The notes: a model not told the origin generated them from the sequence alone. Counted from the first letter of the stretch, positions 13,321 through 26,216 are shown. The stretch: 64,000 bases of DNA from Octopus vulgaris (GCA_951406725.2 OX597814.1:105462001-105526000), one strand, 5' to 3'. Made by a program: numbers and translations.

Positions 13321-13379
13321 ATGGGCGCTGATGAGGGGGCAAAACCCACCGAAAGAGGTCATATATGACCATTACCCAT
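13321..13379 (+). ncRNA. Type I hammerhead-like motif with canonical core
   Basis: ATGGG cg CTGATGA GG-GGG-CAAAA-CCC-A-CC GAAA GA GGTCATATATGACC AT TA CCCAT; 14 nt palindrome in stem III; 2 extra nt at the stem I junction. Confidence 0.55.
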
Positions 13380-14204
13380 TTTCCATCTTCGATCTCGTTG
13401 TTTGTTTACACCTGGCGTCTTGAATACGAAACGTCAGAACAAAGATCAGTGCTGACTTTTATTTCTATAGAATATAATTAGAGATAACCTTAATATATAA
13501 TACTTCCCCTACATTTTCTTAACCTCGGCATTATTATTTTTTTTTGACAGAAACTTCATCTCATCCAAACTGGGCCTTTGCTTGTGTGTTTAAAGAAATT
13601 ATATCAAACACGTAACTAAGATCACAGCAATACACTTAAATAGAAACAGGTGTTTCTTTATTAGCCACAGGGGCAAAAACATTGAAGGGGCAGCACAAGG
13701 ACAGACAACACAACGTTGAGACATAAAAAAGAACATAGACGGATGAATGAGATGAATTATAAATTCGATGAGGAGGAAATGGCTACTTGTACCCCAATAT
13801 GGAGTTGACCATTTGACTCTTTTCTCCTTTTTTTTATACACTGTTCATCAATTTTGGTATCAAAGAATACTTACTTTCGCCATATATGCTTTTAAGTCTA
13901 CATATTCCATTACCAGAGGTAGACGGTCATATCTCACCGCCAGTCCTAACGGGTCTTTGTTTTTCCAGAATTTTTCTCGTAATTGCTTATAGTTTTCCAA
14001 GTTAATAAATATCCCATGTCTTCTGGACAATCCGTTTGTGGCATATTCACTTTTATTACTGATTTTATCTTATTTAACTTCTTCTCAATGGCCGAGCTCT
14101 TTGAAAATATTCTTGTCTACTCTAGGCACAAGGCCCGAAATTTGGGGGTGGGTGGGCAGTCGATTAGATCGGCCCCAAATGGCCGAGCCCTTTGAAAATA
14201 TTCT

Positions 14205-14783
14205 TGTCTACTCTAGGCACAAGGCCCAAAATTTTGGGGGAGGTGGGGCAGTCGATGATATCGACCCCAGTATGTAACTGGTACTTAATTTATCGACCCC
14301 AAAAGGATGAAAGGCAAAGCCAACCGCGGCGGAATTTGAACTCATAACGTAAAGACAGAGGAAATACATATTTCTTTACTACCCACAAGGGGCTAAACAC
14401 CGAGAGGACAAACAAGGACAGACAAACGGATTAAGTCGATTATATCGACCCCAGTGCGTAACTGGTACTTAATTTATCGACCCCGAAAGGATGAAAGTTA
14501 AAGTCGACCTCGCAGAATTTGAACTCAGAACGTAGCGGCAGACGAAATACCTATTTCTTTACTACCCACAAGGGGCTAAACACAGAGAGGACAAACAAGG
14601 ACAGATAAACGGATTAAGTCGATTACATCGACTCCAGTTCGTAACAGGTACATAATTTATCGACCCCGAAAGGATGGAAGGCAAAGTCGACCTCGGTGGA
14701 ATTTGAACTCAGAACGTAACGGCAGACGAAATACGGCTACGCATTTCGCCCGGCATGATACCGATTCTGCCAGCTCGCCGCCT
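14205..14783 (-). mobile_element. Head-to-tail trimer of family B SINEs
   Basis: Units joined at GAAATAC|(C)TATTTCTTTACTACCC (~14368 and ~14551); only the last unit keeps the full head. Confidence 0.85.
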
Positions 14784-15205
14784 TCTTCTTAGTAAATAAT
14801 ATCATTAAAATATTTCATTCTGCGACTCTCGATTATCTTCAAATTCATTATTAATATAATATATATGAGACCATTTCGCAATACTAACCTTAATTACAGC
14901 CCTAACATTCACCTTAATACAAATTACAAATGCTTTAACGATCCTGGCTAGTGATGTAGTTTATTAAAACAAAACATTCGTTGCATACACAGATGTGCTG
15001 TAATAATCATATATACACAAATTCTTAGAGAAGCAATGGAACTTCTTTATTATCTTTCGTTTTGGGATTTTTTGCAAGATTCTTTATATGAGTTCGCGTG
15101 TTGAAGCATATTCTGTTGTGTCTGGGGAGAGTCATTTTCTTTTTGTGCCTTATGATTTAACACACTCACCGGTAAAATTTCCACTTATTTCTTATTTTTA
15201 TTTTC

Positions 15206-15242
15206 CTAAAATTTTCGTTGCATCTTGCAACCTTTTCAATAG
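15206..15242 (-). ncRNA. Minimal hammerhead-like motif with U3:A8 core
   Basis: CTA TTGAAAA G GTTGC-AAGAT-GCAAC GAAA AT TT TAG; perfect 5 bp stem II, palindromic AAAATTTT at stem III, only 3 bp stem I. Confidence 0.45.
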
Positions 15243-15816
15243 TCTTGACTCTTTATTATCATTCATTTGATATTTCAAAGAAAACACAGTGAGCTTACTA
15301 TCAAAACAAAGCACCATGTAGGGTACCACGTCATATACAGACATTTAAAGATTTTGTAGTTTATGTACAACCGAGATTTCAGCAATCTTATTAGAAAAAG
15401 ATCTAGCCTGAGATGAACAGCAAAAGAATTCTATTTGTGTCAATAAATGAATAAAAACTTACACTATACTCAAAAAGGAAATACGCCCTCGCAAATAGCA
15501 GTAATCTGTCAACTATGGATTCTAAAATGCATTTAAAATTCCTTCAAGTAATTTCTCACATCCACTCATTTTAAATTAATCTTAATTATCATAACACACA
15601 CTATTACAATTTACTTCCGTCCCCATAAAGTTAATTACAAAACTATGAAATAATAAATTTTACTGACCTATTCTCCATTTCATCAGTTATGATGCTCTAT
15701 CCAGCATCAAATTAGCTCCCTTTATGCAACCCTCACAGAACACCCTACGTAATGACTTATTTAACTGCTTACACTTCCCCTATCTCTCACTCGTTCCATA
15801 TATATATATATATATA

Positions 15817-16790
15817 TCCCTCCACTTCACTTCCACTATCTCCAACACCTCTGTCTCCTTCCTCGACATTTCGGTTAGCATTCTTCACTCCACTCTTACC
15901 ACCTCCATTCACTACAAACACACAGACTCACACTCATACCTCAACTTCTCTTCCTCCCACCCAGAACACACCAAGCTTTCCATCCCCTATTCCCAATTCC
16001 TCCGTCTACGTAGGATCTGTAGTGACGACCATGACTTTGAGACTCAGTCTCAACGTATGGCTCACCACTTCACCCTACGTGGATACCCCCTCACCATTAT
16101 CCACACCGCCCTTGCCGGAGCACGGTCCGTGGACCGTGTATCTGCTCTCTCTCCCCGAACCCGCCCTGTAGTCTCCCGCCTCCCTTTTCCCCTCACTTAC
16201 CACCCCACCACCCTACGTCTCCAACGCACCATTCTTCGAGCTTTCCGTCATCTCCAGTCCGACCCGTCCACTTCACACCTCTTCCCATAACCGACCCCTC
16301 CCCTCTTTCAAACGAGCCCACAACCTTCGAGACCTTTTGGTCCATAGCTCCTTCCCTGACCCTACCTCCCAACCCGGCTTGTTCCCCTGCTCCCGCCCAC
16401 GTTGCCGCACTTGCCCCTACTTCTCCAACACCACCCTCCTCACTAGCACCCACCATCGACCCTATCCCATCATCCACTCCTTCACCTGCACCTCCAGCAA
16501 TATTATCTATTGCGTCTCTTGCTCTCTCTGCCATTCCTTGTACATCGGACAAACGGGACGCCGCTTGGCTGACCGGTTCGCGGAACACCTTCGTGACATC
16601 CACCTTGCGAACGACACACCGGTCTCACGCCATTTCCGCTCCACCGGTCACTCCTTGCAACACCTATCTGTGTTCGGTTTGTCCTTACACAGAGGCCATC
16701 CGGATTCCCGTTTGCGCCGTGAACAAGAATTAATCTTCTCTCTTCGCTCTTATACACCATTTGGTCTCAACTCCCCCCCCCCCTCCTCAT
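15817..16790 (+). pseudogene. PLE RT C-terminus plus GIY-YIG endonuclease, frameshifted
   Basis: FLDISV...YKHTDSHSYL.FSSSHP...IPYSQFLRLRRICS; PCSRPRCRTC; IIYCVSCSLC..LYIGQTGR.L..RFAEH...RE...P.GLN. A single extra base near 16288 creates TAA and a +1 shift. Confidence 0.9.
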
Positions 16791-17437
16791 CTAACCCCCT
16801 CTCTCCGCCCCCTCCTCACCTATCCTTCCCCCCGACCCCTACTTCTTCAGTCCTTCATCCTTTCACCCCTACTCCCCTTCCCTTCTTCCCTCTTTCTCCC
16901 TCCCTCCTTCCCTCTTTCTCCCTCCCTCCTTCCCTCTTCCCCTTCCCTCTGCTCCCTCACTCCCCTTCTCTCTCCCCCTCTCCCCCTCTCCTCTCCTCTT
17001 CCCCCCTCTCCTCCCCCTCTTCTCCCCCTCCCCTCTTCTCCTCTCATACACACACACACACTTATACATACTAATACGTACTAATACATACTAATACATA
17101 CTAATATATACACCAACCCCATACATACGCACGTCCAGACCTATCATACGCACTAATACTCTCTCATACACACACACACACACACACCCTTATACATACT
17201 AATACATACTAATACATACACCAACCCTATACATACACACGTCCAGACCTCTCCTACGCACTAATAGCTGGTCATTCAACCCTATTATCAACCCTATTAT
17301 CTCCCCTTATTTCGCTCTCGCGTCTCATGTTTGATCTTTGACCTCTGGCCGAAATCAGATCGCCATGTTGATTCGTTAGTTACTGCACGCATTTTTTTCT
17401 CTCCTTCTTTCTGTGTTTTTTTTTTTCTCTCTGTGTA

Positions 17438-17475
17438 TCTTTCTGTTGAAGAGCGTAGGCTCGAAACGTTAAAGA
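17438..17475 (+). ncRNA. PLE-associated minimal type I hammerhead (A6U variant)
   Basis: TCTTT CTGTTGA A GAGC-GTAG-GCTC GAAA CG TT AAAGA; palindromic AACGTT at stem III. Confidence 0.7.
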
Positions 17476-17555
17476 CTTGTTTTATTTATATTTCCTGAGC
17501 GCCATACTAATACAATTGTTCGTTTGTTTCCCACCTGCCTTCGTCTTTTGTCTAT

Positions 17556-17603
<48 letters not shown>

Positions 17604-17608
<5 letters not shown>

Positions 17609-17802
17609 ATCCGTGAATCCAAACAAACAAGAACAAACAAGAAAAAGCGAGAACGTGGAACAAGTACTGTATTTTAAGACCCTCAGGAAAGGAAGGAAAG
17701 AGGCTTTAACGTTTCGAGCCTTGCTCCTCTTCAGAAGAAGAGGAAAGTCCAAAGGAAGGAAAGACGAATGTAGAAAATCGCCAACCATACACACGCGGTT
17801 AC

Positions 17803-17806
<4 letters not shown>
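17604..17806 (-). mobile_element. PLE 3' tail fragment with canonical-core HHR (17703-17738), tail-to-tail with the PLE
   Basis: Minus strand: CTGAAGA G GAGC-AAG-GCTC GAAA CGTT AAAG followed by a T-rich tail; (TA)n on both sides. Confidence 0.75.
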
Positions 17807-17852
<46 letters not shown>

Positions 17853-17869
17853 GTAGACGCGTGTGGATC

Positions 17870-17926
<57 letters not shown>

Positions 17927-17931
17927 AAAGG

Positions 17932-18229
17932 TCCCTCCTTCGGTCATGATGGACTATGGGACTGCACCTCGAAAGTTAACATTCTAGGACCCAGTCTAGG
18001 CAAGGATCTTTATGGAAGACCAGTAGTCATCCATGCATACCAGCCTCCACGCCACAGATGTTATCTAAAGGAAAGGCAAAGGCCGATACAGCTTGGCACC
18101 AGGGACATCGCAGCTTATTCCTACAACTGAGTGAAATAAAGTGTCTTGCTCAAGAACACAGCACACGGCGCGGTCCGGGAATCGAAATCACAACCTCATG
18201 ACTTGGTCCGACGATCTAACTGCTGAGTG

Positions 18230-18230
<1 letters not shown>
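17932..18230 (-). mobile_element. tRNA/CORE-like SINE, family C
   Basis: Minus strand has TTCGATTCCCGG (B-box-like) and CTTGAGCAAGACACTT; homologous to 22920-23220. Confidence 0.75.
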
Positions 18231-18285
<55 letters not shown>

Positions 18286-18756
18286 GTGTACGCGCGCGTG
18301 TGTGTGTATTTGTAAAATTTCACAACCAAAAATTTCACAACCAACACAGACTCTATGTTGACTGGTGATACAATATGAACGGATTTTCGAAATCCAATGA
18401 TACCCTACACGCCTTTTGGTTGTGAAATTTTACAAATACACTTTCTCAGGGAGATACGATATACCTATTGCTATGGATAATACTACATGGACTTTTCATA
18501 TTTCTCATAGTGTGATGTAACTCTATGGAATAACAATGCATGTGGCTAAGAGAGCTTTAAACTATCTTTTATATCTATTATACAATGATGTAAGAATAGG
18601 TCGTTTATAAAGATTGAAACACGTGTACCACGACATCCTTTGTGTTCTCTTTTTGATTTTATTTGATATATACCCTCTCAACTCTGCCACTAGCTGGCGT
18701 ATACAGGTGCTTAAGCTTATCAAGTATATACATCTATATATATATATATATATATA

Positions 18757-19182
18757 TATTGTTATATTTCGGAATGGTCATATTGCCAGTTTAGCCAATA
18801 AAAACACACGCACTATATATTTGGTGTTATTTTGCTTCAGTGATATTTATTTTTTACATTAATCTTAATCTTATTTCGGCCAAAGTTCTTTCGTCACACT
18901 CCTGTGACCGCATCAGTGGTCCTTTGTTTTCTTCTCACTTACTTGTGTCTCTCCTTACTTGTGTCTCTCCTTACTAACCGTCAGCCATTTTGTAAGTAAG
19001 TGAGAAGAAAACAAAGGACCACTGATGCGGTCACAGGAGTGTGACGAAAGAACTTTGGCCGAAATAAGATTAAGATTAATGTAAAAAATAAATATCACTG
19101 AAGCAAAATAACACCAAATATATAGTGCGTGTGTTTTTATTGGCTAAACTGGCAATATGACCATTCCGAAATATAACAATAT
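18757..19182. repeat. ~188 bp near-perfect inverted repeat with an HHR motif in each arm
   Basis: Arms 18757-18944 and 18994-19182. Plus-strand HHR at 19016-19060: GGACCA CTGATGC G GTCACA-GGAG-TGTGAC GAAA G AA C TT TGGCC. Confidence 0.92.
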
Positions 19183-19235
19183 CTGTTTCAACACACGACT
19201 TCACATAAAAAATCTTGCACAACAAATATTTAAAC

Positions 19236-19278
<43 letters not shown>

Positions 19279-19448
19279 CATTTAAATGGAAATTTAAATA
19301 TATAAATGTAATGTACACATACACACACATATATATATACAATATATATACATACATGTACATAGATATATATACACTCACAATATATATATACTTACAT
19401 ATACATAGATTTATATACACACACACAATATATATACATATATACATG

Positions 19449-19532
19449 TTCCTTCCTGAGCGTCCAATAATACTATATTTGTTCCACGTCCTCGCGTTGT
19501 TATGTTTTCTCTTTGTGTTTTCATGTTTGGAT

Positions 19533-19540
<8 letters not shown>
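19449..19540 (+). mobile_element. Very short PLE-tail fragment lacking the HHR
   Basis: TTCCTTCCTGAGCGTCCAATAATAC...GGATTAACTA(TA)n matches the tails at 7170-7260 and 17604-17700. Confidence 0.65.
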
Positions 19541-19618
<78 letters not shown>

Positions 19619-19679
19619 TACATTTAAATAGAAATTTAAATATATATGTAATGTATACATACAATACATATACATATAT

Positions 19680-19735
<56 letters not shown>

Positions 19736-20268
19736 CGGTGAATCAGCATGACCGCAGCTCTGAACTGAAATAAGAAAAAAAATACATATATATATATATG
19801 TTGTGTTCGTATGCATTATGCAGCATATTCATGGTAAGGATCCGTGTTTAAACATTATTTGAAGTAAAGTGATAAAACACATTTGATCAAGTATCCGTAT
19901 TTATGTCACATAAGCTTGTAGCCATATATTTGCATATATGATACGCGCGTGTGTGTATACGTTCATGAGTGTGTATATGAGAATATTAGTTTCCTAAGGG
20001 TAATTATTATAACTGTATTAAGTAGCACTCGTAATTAATGACAATATACCAATATGCACATACACACACATACAACACACACACATATTCACATATACAC
20101 ACACTTAAGCATACACACACGCGTACACTCGTTCCCATGTTATTGTGTTAATTTCTACCGCTTGATTTCTTTTGTCGATGGTGTGAAAGTTGGTAGTTTT
20201 ATGGCTGCTGCTTTAAAACTGGCAATTTGATACATCCATATTTTTGGATGTGTATTTATGTATGTATG

Positions 20269-20300
<32 letters not shown>

Positions 20301-20347
20301 TGTATGTATGTATGTATGTATGTATGTATGTATGTGTATCAGGTATG

Positions 20348-20379
<32 letters not shown>

Positions 20380-20459
20380 TGTATGTATGTATGTATGTAT
20401 GTATGTATGTATGTATGTGTGTGTGTGTGTGAATGTCTCTTCTATCTTTTAATTATTAT

Positions 20460-20835
20460 AAATCTTCCACTGAAGAGGGAGCAGGTTTCCAACAAAGATA
20501 CAAGGCTCCATCTTTGGGATGTAGTTAACACAGACTAATTCACATTTGGAACTTGAGAAAACCTTGCATATTTTTACTGTTCCACTCACAGATTACACTC
20601 ATAATGTACGAATTAGCTGATCGATTTCTCTTTCTGAAAATCCCAGTTTATCCAGATTCTCCTTTAAGCATTTACTAACAAAACCTAGTGCTCCAATTAT
20701 TATTGGTATGGATATGAATTCATAGTCTGGATATAGAAGCTGGAAGTTTCGAAGCAGTTGTCCATAGATATCCTCTTTTTGATTTTCAAACACATACATA
20801 TATTTATGATTTTCAAAGATCTCTTTGAAAATCAT
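20460..20835 (-). mobile_element. Decayed RLE-LINE C-terminal fragment
   Basis: YGQLLRNFQLLYPDYEFISIPIIIGALGFV...; IPIIIGALG parallels the Dong-like C-terminus. Confidence 0.7.
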
Positions 20836-20839
20836 ATGT

Positions 20840-20937
<98 letters not shown>

Positions 20938-21169
20938 ATGCATGTATGTATGTATGTCATTGTTCAGTTTTATTTCAAAATTTCTTGCCTATGAAGTAAG
21001 AACCGGTTTCTAACCTAGATTTAAGATTCCTTCATTGGAATTTCAACATCAACAACTGTGTATGTATGTATGCAAGTATGTATGTATGCATGTATGTATG
21101 TATGTATGTATGTATGTATGTATGTATGTATGTATGTATGTATGTATGTATGTATGTATGTATGTATGA

Positions 21170-21358
21170 AGATTTGTATGTTTTGTTTTGCTCATATATA
21201 CTTAAATGATAAACTTCTGGAAAGTTTTACAGATTTTTACAGTTCCAGTAATAGATAAGATCTGTAGTCTTCAAATCAGTCTTCTCCTTTCTGGTTTTCA
21301 GAAGCCTGATTTCTCAAGATTAATATTTAGGCTTTGTGTTACATATCCCAGGGCCCCA
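21170..21358 (-). mobile_element. Related RLE-LINE 3' fragment inside (TATG)n
   Basis: IGALGYVTQSLNINLEKSGF...ITGTVKICKTFQKFII; (TATG)n on both sides. Confidence 0.7.
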
Positions 21359-21674
21359 ATGTATGTATGTATGTATGTATGTATGTATGTATGTATGTAT
21401 GTATGTATGTATGTATGTATGTATGTATGTACGTATGTATGTATGTATGTATGTATGTATTTCCATCCACGCACACAGCTTTCTGGTGATCCATCGGTAT
21501 CCGACGATGACAAAGTCTTTGTTCTCAGCGATGGGAGCGTCTGTTACTGCACACTTCGAAACTCGAATCACTTGGGCGCCTACAGATATCACAACGATAG
21601 TCTACTGCCGGGATTGAGGCGGACGCTGCCCTGACACCGGTTCTCTTCGAAGAATACCATCAATGAGTGTGTGC

Positions 21675-21722
<48 letters not shown>

Positions 21723-21725
21723 ATG

Positions 21726-21771
<46 letters not shown>

Positions 21772-21810
21772 CAGATAGGTATACATATAGATATAGATAT
21801 TTATAAAGCA

Positions 21811-21858
21811 TGATTTATTCGTGATCAGAGGCGTTCGTAAACCGAGGTTCTACTGTAT
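21811..21858. mobile_element. Solo pogo/Tigger-like MITE terminus
   Basis: Reverse complement is TA-CAGTAGAACCTCGGTTTACGAAC; no partner end seen. Confidence 0.45.
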
Positions 21859-22077
21859 ATGTATATATGTGTGTTTATATATGCATATGTATTTATGTAT
21901 GTATTTTGCTGCCCTGGTAACTATTTAGTTATTTTTCCGTGTTAATTGTTAACAAGGTAAAAATACATTCATCTATTTATTTATATTTATATATATATAT
22001 ATTTATATATATATATATATATTTATATATATGTATACATAAATACATCTATACATACATATTTATACATATTCTAA

Positions 22078-22400
22078 AGACTCCGCCGGTTACGACGACG
22101 AGGGTCCCAGCTGATACGATCAACGGAACAGCTTGCTCGTGAAATTAACGTGCAAATGGCTGAGCATGCCACAGACACGTGTACCCTTAACGTAGTTCTC
22201 GGGGATAATCAGCGTGACACAGAGAGTGACAAGGCTGACCCTTTGAAATACAAGTACAACTCATTTTTGCCAGCTGAGTGGACTGGAGCAACGTGAAATA
22301 AAGTGTCTTGCTCAAGGACACAACGCGTCGCCGGGAATCGAACTCACAACCTTACGATCATGAGCCGAATGCCCTAGCCACTGAGCCACGCGCCCTCACT
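22078..22400 (-). mobile_element. Full-length tRNA/CORE-like SINE, family D
   Basis: Head GGCGCGTGGCTCAGTGGCTAGGG...GAGTTCGATTCCC, then CCTTGAGCAAGACACTT; older relative at ~25380-25635. Confidence 0.8.
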
Positions 22401-22469
22401 TTATACATATACATACTTATAGATACACACACACACATACACAGTGCCTAGCACCAAACTTTGCAACTC

Positions 22470-22875
22470 TGAGTTGAACCAGACCTCGAATGAGACGTCA
22501 CTGCATTGTTCCAAAAGTCCCAGCTGTCTCATCTAAGGTGAGGAACATGTACTGCGATAGCTTGAGTTTCAAGGGCACACAGCTTGCCAAAACATCTAAG
22601 GGATCTCCATGGAGTGGAGCGGGTAGAGGTTTTCTAGAAACAACTTGACCTCTTGTTCTCCAAGATCCCAGATGAACTAATATCAAGGTAGGAAACTCAA
22701 AAGAGGGCGGTTGTATCTTACTCCCTCCTTTACCAAAAGTCAATCACATAGAATTGGCCAATTAAAAGGTGATTACATTGGTGGTGCCCCAGCATAGCCA
22801 TAGCCAACAAATATATATGTTTGTATATGGCGGTGCCCCAGCATGGCCACAGCTCATTAGCTGAAACTGGAAAAA
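22470..22875 (+). mobile_element. Decayed CR1-group LINE 3' end
   Basis: Frame-broken RHCIVPKVP...DSLSFKG...RDLHG...KIPDE, then tail GGTGCCCCAGCATGGCCACAGCT-CATT-AGCTGAAAC. Confidence 0.65.
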
Positions 22876-22919
22876 TCAAAATCAAAATCATATATATATA
22901 TGAGGGTAAAGTGTTAAAT

Positions 22920-23220
22920 ACCCCTTCGGTCATGAATGACCATGGGAGTGCACCTAAAAGATACCTCCCGAGGCACAAGTCCAGGCAAGGTTATTTATGG
23001 AAGACCAGCAGTTGCCCATGCATACCAGCCTCCCCTCTCCACGCCACTGATCGTTATCCAAGGAAAAGGTAAAAGGGCCGATACAGCTTGGCACCAGTGA
23101 CGTCGAAACTCAGTTCTACAGCTGAGTGAACTGGAACAACATGAAATAAAGTCCGGAAATCGAACTCACTACCTCGTGATTGTGAGCCCGACACTCTTAC
23201 CACTGAGCCATGTGCCTTCA
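22920..23220 (-). mobile_element. Family C SINE
   Basis: Head GGCACATGGCTCAGTGGTAAGAG...GAGTTCGATTTCC; body shared with 17932-18230. Confidence 0.75.
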
Positions 23221-23605
23221 TTATATATATGTGTTTGTGTGCGTGCATGAGTGTGTTTTTATGAGTATACACACACTCACATATATGCACATGCACGCAC
23301 ACATATAATGCGCGTTTGCACATTTCAAATGTGTGTGTGTGTATGTGTGTTGTAGAAGTGTGTAGGTGAATGTGTTTGTGTGCATATGTATGGTTGCATG
23401 TGCATGTACATCTGCATGTGTGTGCATTTGCATGTCATACGGGTTGGGGCGGCGGGGTGTGCGTGTATAATTAATGAGAACTCAATAAAACAGTTTTAGC
23501 TCATGTTGAATATTTCCAACTTAATTTATTATTGTTACTGCGAAAGGAAAGAAAACGCGGCTTCGTTTTCGTTTCTTGTTGGTCTCTATTCATCTATGAT
23601 CTCTA

Positions 23606-23675
<70 letters not shown>

Positions 23676-24183
23676 AGTATGTGCATGTGTATGAGAATGA
23701 GTGAGTCTCTATGTGTGTGTGTGTGTGAATGAGTGAGAGTGTGTGTGAATGAGTGAGTCTCTATATGTGTGCGTGTGAATGAGTGCGTGTGTGTGTGTGT
23801 GTGTATGTGTGTGTGTGTGTGAGTATGTGTATATGTGTCTGTTTATCTGTTTGATCCCCTGTCTGATTGTCTGTGTGTCTGTATATATGTAAGAATGTAT
23901 GTATGTTTGTATGTATGTATTTATGTATCTATCTATCTACCTATCTATCTATATATGTATATATACATACATACATTTGTTTATATATTTAAAAGTATTT
24001 CTATATTTGCAGGGCTGTTTATGTACACATATATTTAAATGTTTACATAATCACTCACATAAAAATGCATGCAAACACACACACACACATTCGTGTATTC
24101 ACATATTTGTTTAAATAGCTATGTATGTTTAATAATATTTACATAATTGTTTGTGTATTTGTAAATATTTGCATGATTTATAC

Positions 24184-24227
<44 letters not shown>

Positions 24228-24244
24228 TCGTATAAATGATGCAA

Positions 24245-24281
<37 letters not shown>

Positions 24282-24596
24282 TGCTATTATTTATTTAGCT
24301 TGAACTGATTAATCACCATTCTTTCGATTCCTGATAACAGCAACAAAGAACTAAGATAAGATAGATTTCATTGGTTCCACCATCTTCGTGTCAAACTGTC
24401 ACTAACTTATTATACATTAGATTTTCAGCTGATAGATCTGCACCTCCACCCCTCTTTTTCACCCGTCCACCTCAACACCCCAACCACCTTCTTACCTAAT
24501 CTACCCACCAACCCATCGCACATATATATATATACACACACGAGCGCGCACATACACACAAATTAGTACATACATGTGTATATATACATATATACG

Positions 24597-24649
<53 letters not shown>

Positions 24650-24678
24650 GTATATCTATATATCTATATCTATCTATC

Positions 24679-24714
<36 letters not shown>

Positions 24715-24719
24715 CGTGC

Positions 24720-24759
<40 letters not shown>

Positions 24760-25829
24760 CTATATATATATCTTTTAAATTTGTTTACGGGAAATGTTTT
24801 GGTTATGCGAATAAAGCCCCTATTCCATTATGTCAGCCACAATCTAATGAGGCTGACTGGTGAACCAGGTTTTTGGGGTTGCATCGAGCTGTGCCGACAA
24901 TATAATGCAGGATAAATATAACAATGATAACAATAATCCTTGGATGCAATTCATAAACGCTACTCGCGTTTCCACAACTTACATGTCTCCTTTGATCACT
25001 GATCAAAAGAGATACACATCCGTCTGTTGTACATCCATCAATGTTTTATCGTCTGAAGAAATGAATCCATGAAGGTGGTCAACCCGATGTTCACGGATAC
25101 TACGGACTACACTGTAATCATCCCAGGAATACGGACTGTGGTCTTCAGAGACATGGGATTTGTGGAAACGCGCGTAGTGATGCATAAAATATTTATAAAT
25201 GCCATCCGAAGATTATTGCTTGTCCTCATGCCAAGTCACAAATAAAAGCAATTACATATTTATAAAGATTTTACACGGTAAAGACTGACAGTGACTTCGA
25301 AATTTTAGCTTGCTCGCCTTCGTCAAACTGTCCGCGTGCATGTGCGTGTGACTTTTAAGTTCACTATTTCGATACTAGTCGGAGACGTCTCTGGCTAATG
25401 GTATACTTTGTCAGAGGAATTATGTAGATGGAGACTACAAGGAAACTTGTACCAGTAATTCAATAGGCCAGCCATGCCGCTCTCACTGTGTCACATTGAT
25501 TGTGCCCCAGAATTTCATTAAAAGTATTCGTCTCTATGGAATACTCGGTCAGTTATACACAAATTCAATGAGGAACTGGTTGTGTTGCTTGAGTAACTTG
25601 AATACTCATCGTCGAAAACGACGGAGATCCATTTCCTATATTTCCATTTTTTTAACCCATGCGGATATATTTATTGAACACTGATTGTTCTAATTAATTA
25701 ACCTACTTGATTTATCTTTAGTGCTTTTAACAATTCCATTTTATAATTTGCCTCAACAAAATATCACTAAATCTTATTACTTTTCTTTCTAATATTCTAA
25801 GTATTTCCAATGTTGCTGCTGTTGTTGTT

Positions 25830-26142
25830 GTTCTTCTTCTTCTTCTCCTTCTTCTTCTTCTCCTTCTTCTTCTTCTTCTTATTCCTCTTCTTCTTTTTCT
25901 TTTTCTTCTTCTTCTCCTTCTTCTTTTTTCTTCTTCTCCTTCCTCTTCTTCTTTTTCTTCTTCTTTTTCTTTTTCTTCTTCTTCTTCTCCTTCTTCTTTT
26001 TTCTTCTTCTCCTTCCTCTTCTTCTTTTTCTTCTTCTTTTTCTTCTTCTTCTTCTTCTTCTTCTTCTTCTTCTTCTTCTTCTTCTTCTTTTTCTTCTTCC
26101 TCTTCTTCTTTTTCTTCTTCCTCTTCTTCTTTTTCTTCTTCT

Positions 26143-26176
<34 letters not shown>

Positions 26177-26216
26177 TTTCTTCTTCATCTTCTTCTCCTC
26201 TTCCTCTTCTTCTTTT

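Larger units (their letters stand above)
15817..17560 (+). mobile_element. 5'-truncated Penelope-like element (Neptune-like)
   Basis: RT C-terminus, Cys linker and GIY-YIG, then pyrimidine tract, HHR and T-rich tail; (TA)n at both ends. Confidence 0.92.

Noticed and set aside
14205-14783. Regularly spaced repeats resembling a CRISPR array
   Set aside because: Whole ~185 bp units repeat with no unique spacers; eukaryotic SINE multimer.
22325-22400. tRNA-like sequences with A and B boxes (also ~3620-3675, ~8500-8560, ~14700-14783, ~23155-23220)
   Set aside because: They run into conserved SINE bodies and lack a proper acceptor stem; SINE heads, not tRNA genes.
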